A stretch of DNA of 64,000 nucleotides from Vulcanimicrobiota bacterium. GTDB lineage: Bacteria > Vulcanimicrobiota > Vulcanimicrobiia > Vulcanimicrobiales > Vulcanimicrobiaceae. A program made the position numbers and the translations under genes. The notes beneath the pieces are model-generated. The model was not told the DNA's origin and did not search any database. It was given only the letters and a program-made list of their open reading frames with translations. Location of the stretch: contig CAVTCS010000003.1 in NCBI GenBank assembly GCA_963733295.1, positions 512,001-576,000 of the forward strand, read 5' to 3'. Below, in pieces: positions 30,135 to 40,149 of the stretch (position 1 is the first letter of the stretch; each line of letters starts with the position of its first letter).

Positions 30135-32012
30135 TTACGCCGGGCGGTGGAGGAAGCCGAGCGAAAGCCACGGGATCGCGGCAACCAGCGCCAATGCGAT
30201 GACGAGCGCGATGAGATACGGCACGATGCGTCCGAAGGCCGTATCGGGATCGCACTTTCCTATGATGCACGCGCTGTAGTAGCCGAGTCCAACGGGCGGC
30301 GAAAAGAGTCCGATCCCCATCGCCAGCACGGCGATGATCGCATACTGCACCTCGTCGACTCCGAAAGTCGAAGCGATCGGAAAGAGCAGCGGCCCGAAAA
30401 GGACTACCGCGGGGATTCCCTCGAGAACCGAACCGAGGATGATGAAGAGCACGACCGAGACGGCCAAGAAGCCGCCGCGCCCGCCGGGTGCCTGCCCCAC
30501 GGTCGTGGCGAGTTGCTGGGCGAATCCCGATTGCGTGAGCGCCCAGCCCATCGCCGTCGCCGTCGCGATGATCAGCATGATCGCGCCCGAAAGTCCCGCC
30601 GTGTCGCGCAAGATCGGGTACATGCGGCGCCAGTCGAGCTCGCGGTAGATGAACGCGCCGACGATCAAGGTATAGATGATGCCGACGACGCTCACCTCGG
30701 TAGCCGTCGCGATACCTTCCAAGACGAAGTACCGGATCAGCAGGGGCAGCAGCAAACCGGGCAGCGCGATGACGAAGTAGCGCGCGATTCGCGACAGGCT
30801 CGGCCGCTTGGCCAGTTCGGTGCGATCGTTGCGCGAGCGGAAGAGCGCCACGATCATCAATGCGACGGCGGCCACCAGCGCCGGGATAAGCCCGGCGGTG
30901 AACAACGCGGCGATGGAAACGCCGGTCACCGAGCCGATGATGATGAGCACGAGGCTGGGTGGGATCGTCTCCGCCATCGCGGCCGAACTCGAGAGCAGCG
31001 CGACGAGCTCGCTACGCGGCTGACCGCGCCGTTCCATCTCCGGGAAGAGCACCGGCGCGACCGCCGCCATGTCGGCTGCCTTCGAGCCGGAGATTCCCGA
31101 AACGAGGTACATCGCGCCGAGCAGCACGATCGACAAGCCTCCGCGGAGATGCCCGACCAAGCTTGCGATGAAGTCGACGAGGCGCTTGGCGATGCCCGCA
31201 TTCTCCATCAGCAGTCCCAGCAGCACGAAGAGCGGAACGGCGAGCAGGACGAGGTTGGAGACGCCCTCGTCCATGCGGCCCACGACGGTGTTGAGTGGGA
31301 CGCTCGTCGTCAGCGCCAGATAGCTCAGCGTTCCGACTCCAAATGAGAATGCGATCGGAATTCCGATCGCGACGCACGCGCCGACGACGAAGACGAAGAA
31401 GATGACGAGATTGAAGTTTCCGAAAGCGCCGAAGACGGAACGTCCGAACCAGGCGCCGGCCGAGATGAGAATCGCGCAGCCGACGACGGGAAGCACGATC
31501 CGGGGGTCGGACTCGATCAGGCGCAGGATCGCGAGTACGAGTATGAGCGCCAGTCCGACGACGATTGCCGCGACGACGTACGAGCGCGGAATGCTGAGCG
31601 CGGGCGTGAGGTCGATCTGTTCCTGGATCAGGAAGCTTTTGCTAGCCGGAAGCAGTTCCAAGCAGAAGATCGCGACGATGGTCGGCGAGATCACGTCGAA
31701 GATTTCCCGCACTCGCGGAGGAACCGCATTTCCCACCGCCGTCAACCGCATGTGTCCGTCCAAGCGGTAGGCGACGACCGCGCCGAGCATCGTCAACCAG
31801 AGGAATAGGATCGTCGCCAATTCGTCGGTCCAGACTAGCGCGCTGTGCAGGACGTAGCGCGAAAAGACGCCGCTGGCCAAGATCACCACTTCGATCACGA
31901 TGAGGATGCCCGCGATCGGCTCGACCACGGCTCCGATAGTCCGGTCGACCGTCCTCGCCCACGATCGCGTCCGCGTGAGGCTGCTCGGCGTGGCCGCCTC
32001 TCCAATCATCAT
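30135..32012 (-). CDS. TRAP transporter fused small/large permease (DctQM)
   Basis: DctQ-like WTDELA..LFLW, then DctM motifs LLAVPLF, ISGSKAAD and IPPS. Confidence 0.92.
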   Translation of the reverse strand: MMIGEAATPSSLTRTRSWARTVDRTIGAVVEPIAGILIVIEVVILASGVFSRYVLHSALVWTDELATILFLWLTMLGAVVAYRLDGHMRLTAVGNAVPPRVREIFDVISPTIVAIFCLELLPASKSFLIQEQIDLTPALSIPRSYVVAAIVVGLALILVLAILRLIESDPRIVLPVVGCAILISAGAWFGRSVFGAFGNFNLVIFFVFVVGACVAIGIPIAFSFGVGTLSYLALTTSVPLNTVVGRMDEGVSNLVLLAVPLFVLLGLLMENAGIAKRLVDFIASLVGHLRGGLSIVLLGAMYLVSGISGSKAADMAAVAPVLFPEMERRGQPRSELVALLSSSAAMAETIPPSLVLIIIGSVTGVSIAALFTAGLIPALVAAVALMIVALFRSRNDRTELAKRPSLSRIARYFVIALPGLLLPLLIRYFVLEGIATATEVSVVGIIYTLIVGAFIYRELDWRRMYPILRDTAGLSGAIMLIIATATAMGWALTQSGFAQQLATTVGQAPGGRGGFLAVSVVLFIILGSVLEGIPAVVLFGPLLFPIASTFGVDEVQYAIIAVLAMGIGLFSPPVGLGYYSACIIGKCDPDTAFGRIVPYLIALVIALALVAAIPWLSLGFLHRPA

Positions 32013-32018
32013 TGTGGC

Positions 32019-33029
32019 CTACCCGAGTTTTCCGGAGGTTTTCTCCAGCAATTCCCACGCGGTGTCTCCGAACGTGGCATGCCAGTGTTTGTAGAAATCG
32101 CCGAGACGCGGGCGGAAGCCGCTCGTGTTGGCCACGTTGAGCTGCATGCCGCTGCGCTGGAGTTTGTCGGCCAGCGAATCGTTGCGCTGTTCGGTGTCCG
32201 CCCGCTGCAGGAGCGCGTACTTCTCTGCGTTGCGCTGGATGACGCTTTGCGCGTCGGGCGGCAACGCCTTCCAAGCGTCGGGGTTTGCGAGAAACCAGAA
32301 AGCCGACCACATGTGATTCGTCACGCTCAGATATTTCTGCACCTCGAAGAGACGACCGGCCGCGATGATGGCGTACGGGTTCTCCTCGCCGTCGACCGTG
32401 TGGTTTTGCAACGCGGTGTATACCTCGGCGAAGTTGATCGGAGTGGGCGAAGCCCCGAGCGACTTGAAGAGGTCGACCCACAGCGCGCCCTGCGGCGTAC
32501 GGATCTTGAAGTTGGCGAGATCGTCTGCGCCTTTGATCGGGTGCGTGCTCGAAGTGATCTGACGCATGCCGTTGGCCCACATCTTCGGGAAGGCGATGAG
32601 CCCCTTGGCTTCGATGTCCTTGCGTACGTAGGCCCCGAGCGGTCCGTCGAATGCGGAGAACGCCTCAGCCGAATTCCTGAACGCGAAACCGACGGCCTGG
32701 ATCGCTGCCACCGGCACGACCGACTGCAAGATGCCGCCGTCGAGCGTAAAGAACTGCAGCGCGCCGGAACGCAGCTGCGTGAGCATAGCGGTGTCGCCGC
32801 CGAGCTGATTGTTCGGAAAGACCGTGACGTCGACCGCGCCGCCCGTTTCGCGCTTCACGGCGTTCCACATCTGAATCATGCGAACGTTGAGCGGATGGTC
32901 GATCGAAATGTTGCTCGCGTACTTGTACGTAAACGTGGCGGCTCGAGCCGGCAACCGCAGAACGTTGATGCTAGCGAGCGTGGCCGCCGTTGCGGTCGCA
33001 AAACGTTGACGCGAGATTCGGTGAGCCAC
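32019..33029 (-). CDS. TRAP substrate-binding protein (DctP)
   Basis: FPNNQLGGD, NGMRQIT, KIRTP and EVYTALQ..VDGEENP; Tat-like leader. Confidence 0.92.
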   Translation of the reverse strand: MAHRISRQRFATATAATLASINVLRLPARAATFTYKYASNISIDHPLNVRMIQMWNAVKRETGGAVDVTVFPNNQLGGDTAMLTQLRSGALQFFTLDGGILQSVVPVAAIQAVGFAFRNSAEAFSAFDGPLGAYVRKDIEAKGLIAFPKMWANGMRQITSSTHPIKGADDLANFKIRTPQGALWVDLFKSLGASPTPINFAEVYTALQNHTVDGEENPYAIIAAGRLFEVQKYLSVTNHMWSAFWFLANPDAWKALPPDAQSVIQRNAEKYALLQRADTEQRNDSLADKLQRSGMQLNVANTSGFRPRLGDFYKHWHATFGDTAWELLEKTSGKLG

Positions 33030-33052
33030 CTTGGAACCAGCCTTTCTGGAAA

Positions 33053-33790
33053 TCAATCGAGAACGATCCCGCCGTCGACGGTCAGCGTTTCTCCGTGAAC
33101 GAAAGACGATGCGGGCGAGACGAGCCAGACGATCGCTTCGGCAATTTCGGAAGGGTCCGCGCTGCGGCCGACGAGCGTCATGTTCTCGACACGGCTGCGC
33201 GCCTCGGGCACCTCAAAAGTCTCCGCAAGCATCGGAGTGAGGACGGGGCCTGGAGCGACGGCATTGACGGCGATCCCCTGCGGCGCGAGCGAACGGGCGG
33301 CGCTACGCGTCAACTGAATGACCGCGCCCTTACTCGCGGCATACGCCGCGGTCCCCGAGAGCCCTCCGCCGCGTTTGCCTGCGACGCTGGCGACGGTGCA
33401 AATCCGCGCACCGGCCTGCATCCGCTTTGCCGCCTCGCGAACGCAGAGGTACGTCCCGATCACGTTGATATCGTAAACCCGGCGCCACGTGGCGACGTCG
33501 ATCTCCATGAACGGCGTCATGTCGGCGATTCCAGCCGCGGTCACGAGCGCGTCGAGGTGCCCGCCGAGCGCGCGGTCCGCGAACTCGAAGAGTGCGGCGA
33601 CCGAGGCTTCGTCGGCGACGTCGACGGCGCACGCTCGTCCGCCGATCGACTCCGCGACCTGCCGCGCTCGCGCTTCGTCGCGATCGGCGACGAGCACGAG
33701 GTACCCGTTGCGCGCCAGCAGTTCGCAGGTGGCCTTGCCGATGCCGCTCGCGCCGCCGCTGACGATCGCCGCCGGCCGCGCGGCGTTCAC
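33053..33790 (-). CDS. Classical SDR oxidoreductase
   Basis: GGASGIG, ICTVAS, YAASK, VNAVAPG and VDGG; GTG start overlaps the E2 stop. Confidence 0.9.
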   Translation of the reverse strand: MNAARPAAIVSGGASGIGKATCELLARNGYLVLVADRDEARARQVAESIGGRACAVDVADEASVAALFEFADRALGGHLDALVTAAGIADMTPFMEIDVATWRRVYDINVIGTYLCVREAAKRMQAGARICTVASVAGKRGGGLSGTAAYAASKGAVIQLTRSAARSLAPQGIAVNAVAPGPVLTPMLAETFEVPEARSRVENMTLVGRSADPSEIAEAIVWLVSPASSFVHGETLTVDGGIVLD

Positions 33791-34935
33791 AGGAGCGAGC
33801 CGGGCTCGGCGAATGCGCCGGCCAAGGCCGAGAGAAAGCGAGCGGCCGGGGCGCCGTCGATAAAGCGATGATCGAAGCTCAACACGAGCGTTAGCATCCA
33901 AGCCGGCACGAGCGAATCGCCTTCCACTGCCGGCCGGCGCGTGACCGCGCCCATCCCGAGGATGGCGGTTTGCGGCGGGTCGACGAGCGGAACGACGCGT
34001 TCGACCCCCTGAGGCCCGACGTTGGAGAGCGAGAAGGCGGCAGCGCCGGTGTCGCTCGCGCCGAGCGCACCCGCGCGAGCGGCGGCCGCGAGCCGGAGAA
34101 TCTCGGCTTGGATCGCGGCCAGCGAGAGCGCGCCTGCGCCTCGCACGACCGGCACGATGAGACCTCGCGGCGTGTCTGCGGCGACGCCGATGTCGAGCGC
34201 TTCGCAGGGCTGACCGGAACGCGCGTCGGTGCGAAGTTCGGGAAATTCGCGCAGCAGCCGGGCCAGCGCAAAAACGGCGAACGCGGTCCAGCCGAAATCT
34301 TTGCGGCGCGACATCAGCGCGCGCACGCCGTCGACCCGCACGCTCGTCTCGACCTGCGCTAGCGGAAGGGTGCCGACCTCGCTCATGCGCCGGAAGATCG
34401 TGCGCCGAAGCGGGTCGAGTTCCGGAGGTAGTGTGGCCGGCGACGGTGTCGGCGCGCGAACCGCCGCTGCCGGCGGAATCGCCGCGCCTCTTGCGGGCTG
34501 TGTTCCGGCGCTTGCGAGAACGTCGGAGAGCGTGACGCGCCCGCGCGGACCCGAGCCGCGCAACGCGCGCAGGTCGAGTTTGTGCTCGCGCGCCAACCGG
34601 CGTGCGGCCGGTGAGGCGAGGACGCGCTCCCCATTTGTGTGGCGCGCGGCATGTAGCGGACCGGGCGAAGCGGCGCCGGCCGGCGCCACGTCCTCGTTCT
34701 CGAGCGTGACCAGACCGATCAGCGCACCGCATGCGAACTCGTCGCCGTCGTTGCCGATGCGCTGCACGAGCGTTCCCGCGACAGGTGACTCGACCTCGTA
34801 GTTGATCTTGTCGGTCGAAACCTCGAGCAGCGGATCGCCGGCAGCGATGCGTTCGCCGGTCGTTTTCAGCCAGCGCACGATCGTGCCGCTTTCCATCGTG
34901 AGGCCGAGCTTCGGCATCGTGATCTCCGCCGGCAC
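33787..34935 (-). CDS. Dihydrolipoamide acyltransferase (E2)
   Basis: Lipoyl domain (STDKI), E1/E3-binding domain (ASPAARRLA) and catalytic DHRFIDG. Confidence 0.9.
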   Translation of the reverse strand: MPAEITMPKLGLTMESGTIVRWLKTTGERIAAGDPLLEVSTDKINYEVESPVAGTLVQRIGNDGDEFACGALIGLVTLENEDVAPAGAASPGPLHAARHTNGERVLASPAARRLAREHKLDLRALRGSGPRGRVTLSDVLASAGTQPARGAAIPPAAAVRAPTPSPATLPPELDPLRRTIFRRMSEVGTLPLAQVETSVRVDGVRALMSRRKDFGWTAFAVFALARLLREFPELRTDARSGQPCEALDIGVAADTPRGLIVPVVRGAGALSLAAIQAEILRLAAAARAGALGASDTGAAAFSLSNVGPQGVERVVPLVDPPQTAILGMGAVTRRPAVEGDSLVPAWMLTLVLSFDHRFIDGAPAARFLSALAGAFAEPGSLL

Positions 34936-35928
34936 TTAGCGCCGCTTCCGGACGAGATCGAGAACTGCCGACTCGATCGCGGGCGCTTTGGGGAACATCG
35001 CGTCCTGCATCCCGGGCGAAAACGGAACCGGTACGTGCGCCGCGCCGAGCCGGACGACCGGCGCGTCGAGATCGTCGAAGCAATGCTCGCCGATGAACGC
35101 CGCGATCTCGCCGCCGAGTCCTCCGATGCGGACCGCTTCGTGCGCGACGACGATGCGATGCGTCGCCGCGACGGCATCGGCGATCGCGTCGTAGTCGAGT
35201 GGCCAGAGCGTCCGCAAGTTGACGACGCGCACGGAGATGCCTTCCTCCCGTTCGAGCTTCTCGGCAGCTTCGAGCGCGCGCCCGACGGTGATGCCGTACG
35301 TAATGACGGCCGCGTCGCGACCCTCGCGCAGCGTCTCGGCTTTCCCGAGCGGAATCGTGAAGTCGTCGTCGTCCGGAATCTCGCCCTTTTGCGTAAACAG
35401 CGCCTTGTGCTCGAAGTAGAGCGTCGGGTTGTCGCTCCGGATCGCGCTCTTGAGCAACCCCTTCGCATCGCGCGCGTTCGCCGGTGCGACGACCTCGAGA
35501 CCCGGCGTGTGGACGAACCAGGCCTCCAGCGACTGCGAGTGCTGCGCGGCGGCGGACTTCGTAATTCCGTCGGGGGCGCGCAGGGTCATCGGAACCGAGC
35601 ACTGCTCGCCGAACATATAACGAAGCTTGGCGGCTTGGTTGACGATCTCGTCCATCGCGCAGGTGATGAAGTCGGCGAAGTGCATGTCGACGACCGGGCG
35701 CGTCCCGGTCAGAGCGGCTCCAACGCCCGCGCCGACGAGCGCCGCTTCCGAGATCGGCGTGTCGCGCACCCGCTCGAAGCCGAACTCTTGGGGCAACCCT
35801 TTGAACTGCCCGAAGATGCCGCCTTGCTTTGCGATGTCCTCGCCCATCAGAAAAACCGTCGGGTCGCGCCGCATCTCCTCCCGCATCGCTTCGAGCGTCG
35901 CTTCCGAAAACGTCACGCTGCGGGCCAT
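34936..35928 (-). CDS. TPP-dependent dehydrogenase E1 beta subunit (acetoin/pyruvate DH-like)
   Basis: MGEDI, DTPISE, AAQHSQS and FEHK. Confidence 0.92.
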   Translation of the reverse strand: MARSVTFSEATLEAMREEMRRDPTVFLMGEDIAKQGGIFGQFKGLPQEFGFERVRDTPISEAALVGAGVGAALTGTRPVVDMHFADFITCAMDEIVNQAAKLRYMFGEQCSVPMTLRAPDGITKSAAAQHSQSLEAWFVHTPGLEVVAPANARDAKGLLKSAIRSDNPTLYFEHKALFTQKGEIPDDDDFTIPLGKAETLREGRDAAVITYGITVGRALEAAEKLEREEGISVRVVNLRTLWPLDYDAIADAVAATHRIVVAHEAVRIGGLGGEIAAFIGEHCFDDLDAPVVRLGAAHVPVPFSPGMQDAMFPKAPAIESAVLDLVRKRR

Positions 35929-36986
35929 CAGAAATTTTCCCGTTCGCGAATTGCGAATGCGCCGTACACCGTCGCAGCGTCGCGATCTCCGACGTACGCG
36001 CCGACGAACGCGTCGCCGGGTGGAGAGGGAGAAGAGGCTTTTGCGAACGCGACCGCTTCGGCGAACTCTTCGCGCGCGGCACTCCAGAGCGCTTCGAACT
36101 GAGCGCTCGAGAGCGCATCGCCGAGTCGCGCTTGCAGTCGCACGATCGGATCGTCGCTCTTGCGGCTCTCGACTTCGTCCTTCGAGCGGTAACGCTCGGG
36201 ATCGCCGATGTAGTGGCCGCGCACGCGATACGTCTTGCACTCCACGAAGGTCGGGCCGCCCCCGCTGCGCGCGCGAGCGACCGCTGCGCCGACCGCCCGA
36301 TGCACCTCGAGCGCGTCAAATCCGTCGACGATCGCGCTCGGCATCCCGTAGCCTGCGGCGCGGATCGCGACGTCTTCGATCTTCATCGTTTCCGAAGTCG
36401 ATGTGGTCGAGGCGTAGTGGTTGTTCTCGAGGACGAAGATTGCCGGCAGATTCCAGACCGCGCTCAAGTTCAAGTTTTCGTGAAACGGTCCGCGATTCGT
36501 GGCGCCGTCACCGAAGAAGCAGACCGCGACGCGACCGTTGCCGAGCAGTTGGGCCGAGAGTGCCGCGCCCGCGACGAGTCCGAATCCGCCCGCGACGACG
36601 CCGTTCGCACCGAGCATGCCGACCGAGAAGTCGGCGATGTGCATCGAGCCGCCCCGGCCGCGGCAGACGCCGGTTTCGCGCGCGAAGATCTCGGCGACCA
36701 TCGTGCGCATGGGCGTTCCCTTGGCAAGCGTGTGACCGTGCCCGCGGTGGGTCGAAGCGATGTAGTCGTCACGGTTCAGTGCCGCACAGGTGCCGGCCGC
36801 GACCGCCTCTTGCCCGATCGAAAGGTGCGCGAAGCCCGGAATGTCGCCCGCCAAGAAGTGCCGCTCGATGCCTTCCTCGAGCGTACGAATGCGGATCATC
36901 GTCGCGAGCAGCTCTTTGCCGAGCGAAATTTGCTCGGCGCTCAACGGCTCCGAAAGGGCCGGCGCATCGGCTACGTTCATTTCCAT
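35928..36986 (-). CDS. TPP-dependent dehydrogenase E1 alpha subunit (acetoin DH-like)
   Basis: HLSIGQEA, STHRGHGH, GGSMH, GDGA...ENN and TYR..GH. Confidence 0.92.
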   Translation of the reverse strand: MEMNVADAPALSEPLSAEQISLGKELLATMIRIRTLEEGIERHFLAGDIPGFAHLSIGQEAVAAGTCAALNRDDYIASTHRGHGHTLAKGTPMRTMVAEIFARETGVCRGRGGSMHIADFSVGMLGANGVVAGGFGLVAGAALSAQLLGNGRVAVCFFGDGATNRGPFHENLNLSAVWNLPAIFVLENNHYASTTSTSETMKIEDVAIRAAGYGMPSAIVDGFDALEVHRAVGAAVARARSGGGPTFVECKTYRVRGHYIGDPERYRSKDEVESRKSDDPIVRLQARLGDALSSAQFEALWSAAREEFAEAVAFAKASSPSPPGDAFVGAYVGDRDAATVYGAFAIRERENF

Positions 36987-37066
36987 AGGGCTGGCTTTTC
37001 CGGTTGCGGCGCGCATTTCCACCTACGGGGCGGAGGCTCTCGGTTTCCCGATAGGTGCGTTCCGAC

Positions 37067-37088
37067 ACTATACTCACCGCATGCGGTG
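37067..37088 (-). promoter_or_regulatory. -10 box (TATAGT) with an adjacent 14-bp palindrome, putative operator
   Basis: CACCGCATGCGGTG at 37075-37088 is a perfect palindrome 2 nt upstream of minus-strand TATAGT (37067-37072). Confidence 0.5.
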
Positions 37089-37151
37089 CCGATCCACTGG
37101 TTCGTCCGAGCCGGCTTGGAGCGATCGGCCGCTTTTTTGAGCTATCGACTG

Positions 37152-37424
37152 CTAGTGGAAGAAGTACGGATCCAAAACGCTCACTTCAGAAATGCTATCG
37201 ACCGGTAATCCGTTACGTTCGCCCGCCTTGCGAATTGCATCCTCACTGGGGCCATCGTAAATGCAAAACGATTTCCCATGATCTTTCGTAACGTACGAAT
37301 GGACCCACGTCACGCCGACGTCTCCATTTTTGTCGACGACGCTTTTGCACGCCTCGGCGCCCTCATCGGTAGCTGGAATCGCTAATCCGCCCTTGAAAGT
37401 TCGTTCGACCAAGTATCGAGGCAT
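37152..37424 (-). CDS. DUF4242 domain protein
   Basis: MPRYLVER..VTWVHSYV....KSFCIYDGPSEDAIR....NGLP.D.I.EV; GGAG RBS. Confidence 0.85.
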   Translation of the reverse strand: MPRYLVERTFKGGLAIPATDEGAEACKSVVDKNGDVGVTWVHSYVTKDHGKSFCIYDGPSEDAIRKAGERNGLPVDSISEVSVLDPYFFH

Positions 37425-37565
37425 GCAAATGCCCTCCATCGATTGCGCGCGAAAGCCCGATTTCACAAGCGTTTTTTGGGTCCATGCATCATATCGCCTA
37501 CGCCCTCGGTTTGGCAAGCGTGCCTAGGGCCCCAACGGCTAGTAACCGAACAGCGGCCATCATCG

Positions 37566-39557
37566 ATGCTAGATAGCGCTCGGAGCAAGGAACGGCAATC
37601 CAGACAGCAAGGGTCGTTGCCTACCGGCACGGTCACTTTCCTGTTCTCCGACATCGAGGGAAGCACCGAGCGCTGGGAGCGGGATCGCGCCGCGATGCAG
37701 GAAGCCGTGCGCCTCCACGACCGGCTCATGCGCGAAGCAATCGCAGCGCACGACGGGCACGTGTTCAAGACCATCGGCGATGCGTTCTGCGCGGCGTTCG
37801 CGACACCAGAATCGGCCGTTCGGGCCGCGCTCGACGCTCAGGTAGCGCTCGCTGCCGCCGACTTCTCAGCGGTCGGCGGCCTTCGCGTGCGCATCGCGGT
37901 CAATACCGGTACCGCGGATGAACGTGACGGCGACTACTTCGGGCCAACCGTGAATCGCGTGGCGCGGCTCACGTCGAGCGGCCACGGCGGGCAGGTACTG
38001 CTGTCGGATGCAACCCACGCGCTCGTGCAAAACGAATTGCCACGTGCGACGCGATTCAGCGACCTCGGCTCGCACCGGTTCAAGGACCTTGCCCAGAGCG
38101 AGCACGTGTGGCAGGTGACGGTAATAGGTCTACCGGGCGATTTCCCGCGGCTCAATTCGCTGGACACGCTGCCCAACAATTTACCCATTCAAGTCTCGAG
38201 CTTCTACGGCCACGAACAAGACCTCGAGGATTTGAAGGTGCAGCTTCTCGAGCACCGTTTGATCACACTCTTTGGAGCCGGTGGCGTAGGCAAGACGCGT
38301 CTGGCGGCGCAACTTGGCGCCGAGGTTCTTGACCGCTTTTCCGACGGGGTATGGATTGCCGATCTCGCATCGACCACAGAGCCGGAATTGGTGTGGAACG
38401 TCGTAGCCAAAGTATTGAGCGTGAACCAAGCGCACTCGCGCATGAGCGACGAGTCAATGATTCAGTTTCTCAACCCCAGGCAGCTTCTCCTAATTCTCGA
38501 CAATTGCGAACACGTGCTGGAAGCTGCTGCCAGGCTAGCCGACGCGATTCATCGCCAGTGCCCGGGCGTGCGCATTCTGACCACTTCGCGCGAGGCGCTG
38601 GGGGTGGGCGGCGAAAAGGTGGTACGGGTCGCCTCGCTGGCGGTGCCCGAAAAGGTAGCAGATCTCCACGCAACGTTCGCGCTCAGCTTCGGTGCGGTGG
38701 CGCTCTTCGTCGACCGCGCGTCGCTCGTCGATCAATCTTTTCGGCTCGGCGACAATAACGCGTCAATCGTGTCGGATATCTGTCGCCGGCTCGATGGCAT
38801 TCCGCTTGCGATCGAACTCGCCGCAGCGCGCGTGAAAGTCATGAGCGTCGCCACCATCGCGCAGCGCCTTAACGAGCGCTTCGAGATTCTCACCGGGGGC
38901 AGTCGCACCGCTCTCCCGCGACAGAAAACGCTGATGGCCCTCTTCGATTGGAGCTATGATTTTCTCTCGATCGAGGAACGGGTGATGTTTAACCGCGTGG
39001 CGATTTTTGCCGGCGGGTTTAGCTCCGATGCCTCATCTGTCGTGTGCGCCGGCGACGGCATCGAGCAGAGAGACGTGCTAGACTTGATCGCTTCGCTCGT
39101 GGACAAGTCGTTGGCAGTGGTGGATACGAGCGGCAACCGGGAGCGCTTCCGTCTTCTTGAATCCCCCCGTCAGTACGCACTGGCAAAACTAACGGCGAGC
39201 GGTGAGCGCGAGCTGGTCGCGCGCCGGCACGCCGAATACTTCCGAGGCATCGCACAGGAATTTAGGACGACCTTTGGCGCGATCCCGATGAGTGAATGGC
39301 TTGCGGGAGCCGAGCTGGAGGTGGAAAACTTTCGTGCGACGATGGACTGGGCGCTCACCAAAGGTCAAGACGTACCCCTGGGCGGCGCGGTGGCGGGCGC
39401 CTTGGAGATGTTCTGGTGGCACGGCGGCGTCGAAGCAGAGGGTCTCCGTTGGATCGACGTCGCACTCCAAAAAATCGACGAGAGTGCCCACGCGGAGGTG
39501 GTGATTCAACTGCGGCGGGCGCTTGCACGTCTCATGTCACGCGTGCTCTACTCGTAG
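37566..39557 (+). CDS. Class III adenylate/guanylate cyclase fused to a STAND-type ATPase
   Basis: FSDIEGST, KTIGDAF and DYFGPTVNRVAR; Walker A GAGGVGKT, LLILDNCEH and LDGIPLAIELAAAR. Confidence 0.9.
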   Translation: MLDSARSKERQSRQQGSLPTGTVTFLFSDIEGSTERWERDRAAMQEAVRLHDRLMREAIAAHDGHVFKTIGDAFCAAFATPESAVRAALDAQVALAAADFSAVGGLRVRIAVNTGTADERDGDYFGPTVNRVARLTSSGHGGQVLLSDATHALVQNELPRATRFSDLGSHRFKDLAQSEHVWQVTVIGLPGDFPRLNSLDTLPNNLPIQVSSFYGHEQDLEDLKVQLLEHRLITLFGAGGVGKTRLAAQLGAEVLDRFSDGVWIADLASTTEPELVWNVVAKVLSVNQAHSRMSDESMIQFLNPRQLLLILDNCEHVLEAAARLADAIHRQCPGVRILTTSREALGVGGEKVVRVASLAVPEKVADLHATFALSFGAVALFVDRASLVDQSFRLGDNNASIVSDICRRLDGIPLAIELAAARVKVMSVATIAQRLNERFEILTGGSRTALPRQKTLMALFDWSYDFLSIEERVMFNRVAIFAGGFSSDASSVVCAGDGIEQRDVLDLIASLVDKSLAVVDTSGNRERFRLLESPRQYALAKLTASGERELVARRHAEYFRGIAQEFRTTFGAIPMSEWLAGAELEVENFRATMDWALTKGQDVPLGGAVAGALEMFWWHGGVEAEGLRWIDVALQKIDESAHAEVVIQLRRALARLMSRVLYS

Positions 39558-39574
39558 TCGAACGGAGGACTCGC

Positions 39575-40099
39575 ATGAACACCGAAAGTTTGCGCACTCT
39601 GCAGGCGCCGATCAAGGATCGGTATCGGGCCGAGCCCGATGCTGCACTCATCACGCTGAGTGCGAGCGGTCGTGTCGACGATCCCGAAGGCCTCAGTTGC
39701 AGCGTCGAGACTGGACGCGCGTTAGTGAAAGCCGGCCTCCACCCGGCAACCGGTGGTGATGGAACGCTCGCTTGTTCGGGAGATATGTTGTTGCAGGCAC
39801 TCGCTGCGTGCGCCGGCGTCACGCTGCGATCGGTCGCCACGGCTATAAACGTTCCGCTGCGCGGCGGAAGCGTACGTGCGGAAGGGGATTTGGACTTCCG
39901 CGGCACGTTAGGCGTCGACCGCGCTGCGCCGGTTGGCTTCAAGAATATCCGGCTTCGCTTCGATCTTGATGCGGACGCAACGCCCGAAGAAGTTGCGACA
40001 CTGCAAAAGTTGACGGAACGATATTGTGTGGTCTATCAGACGCTTGCAAGCGGGATCAAGCCGGAGGTCGATTTCCACGTAGAGCCGGCGCACCCTTAA
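39575..40099 (+). CDS. OsmC family protein
   Basis: CSGDMLL.ALAACAG, GDLDFRG and TERYCVV; GGAGG RBS. Confidence 0.88.
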   Translation: MNTESLRTLQAPIKDRYRAEPDAALITLSASGRVDDPEGLSCSVETGRALVKAGLHPATGGDGTLACSGDMLLQALAACAGVTLRSVATAINVPLRGGSVRAEGDLDFRGTLGVDRAAPVGFKNIRLRFDLDADATPEEVATLQKLTERYCVVYQTLASGIKPEVDFHVEPAHP

Positions 40100-40149
40100 C
40101 TCGGCCGCGACAGCGGACAGCGGGAGCGCTGAATGGAAGCTTAACCCTG

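Noticed and set aside
33053..36319. 1088-aa ORF suggesting a giant SDR fusion
   Set aside because: Only the last about 245 aa are SDR; the rest is an alternative frame over the E2 and E1 genes.
37566..39557. Cyclase-STAND protein as an antiphage (Avs/Pycsar) system
   Set aside because: The architecture matches common signalling cyclase-ATPases, and no effector gene is adjacent; the cNMP-binding membrane gene is 15 kb away.
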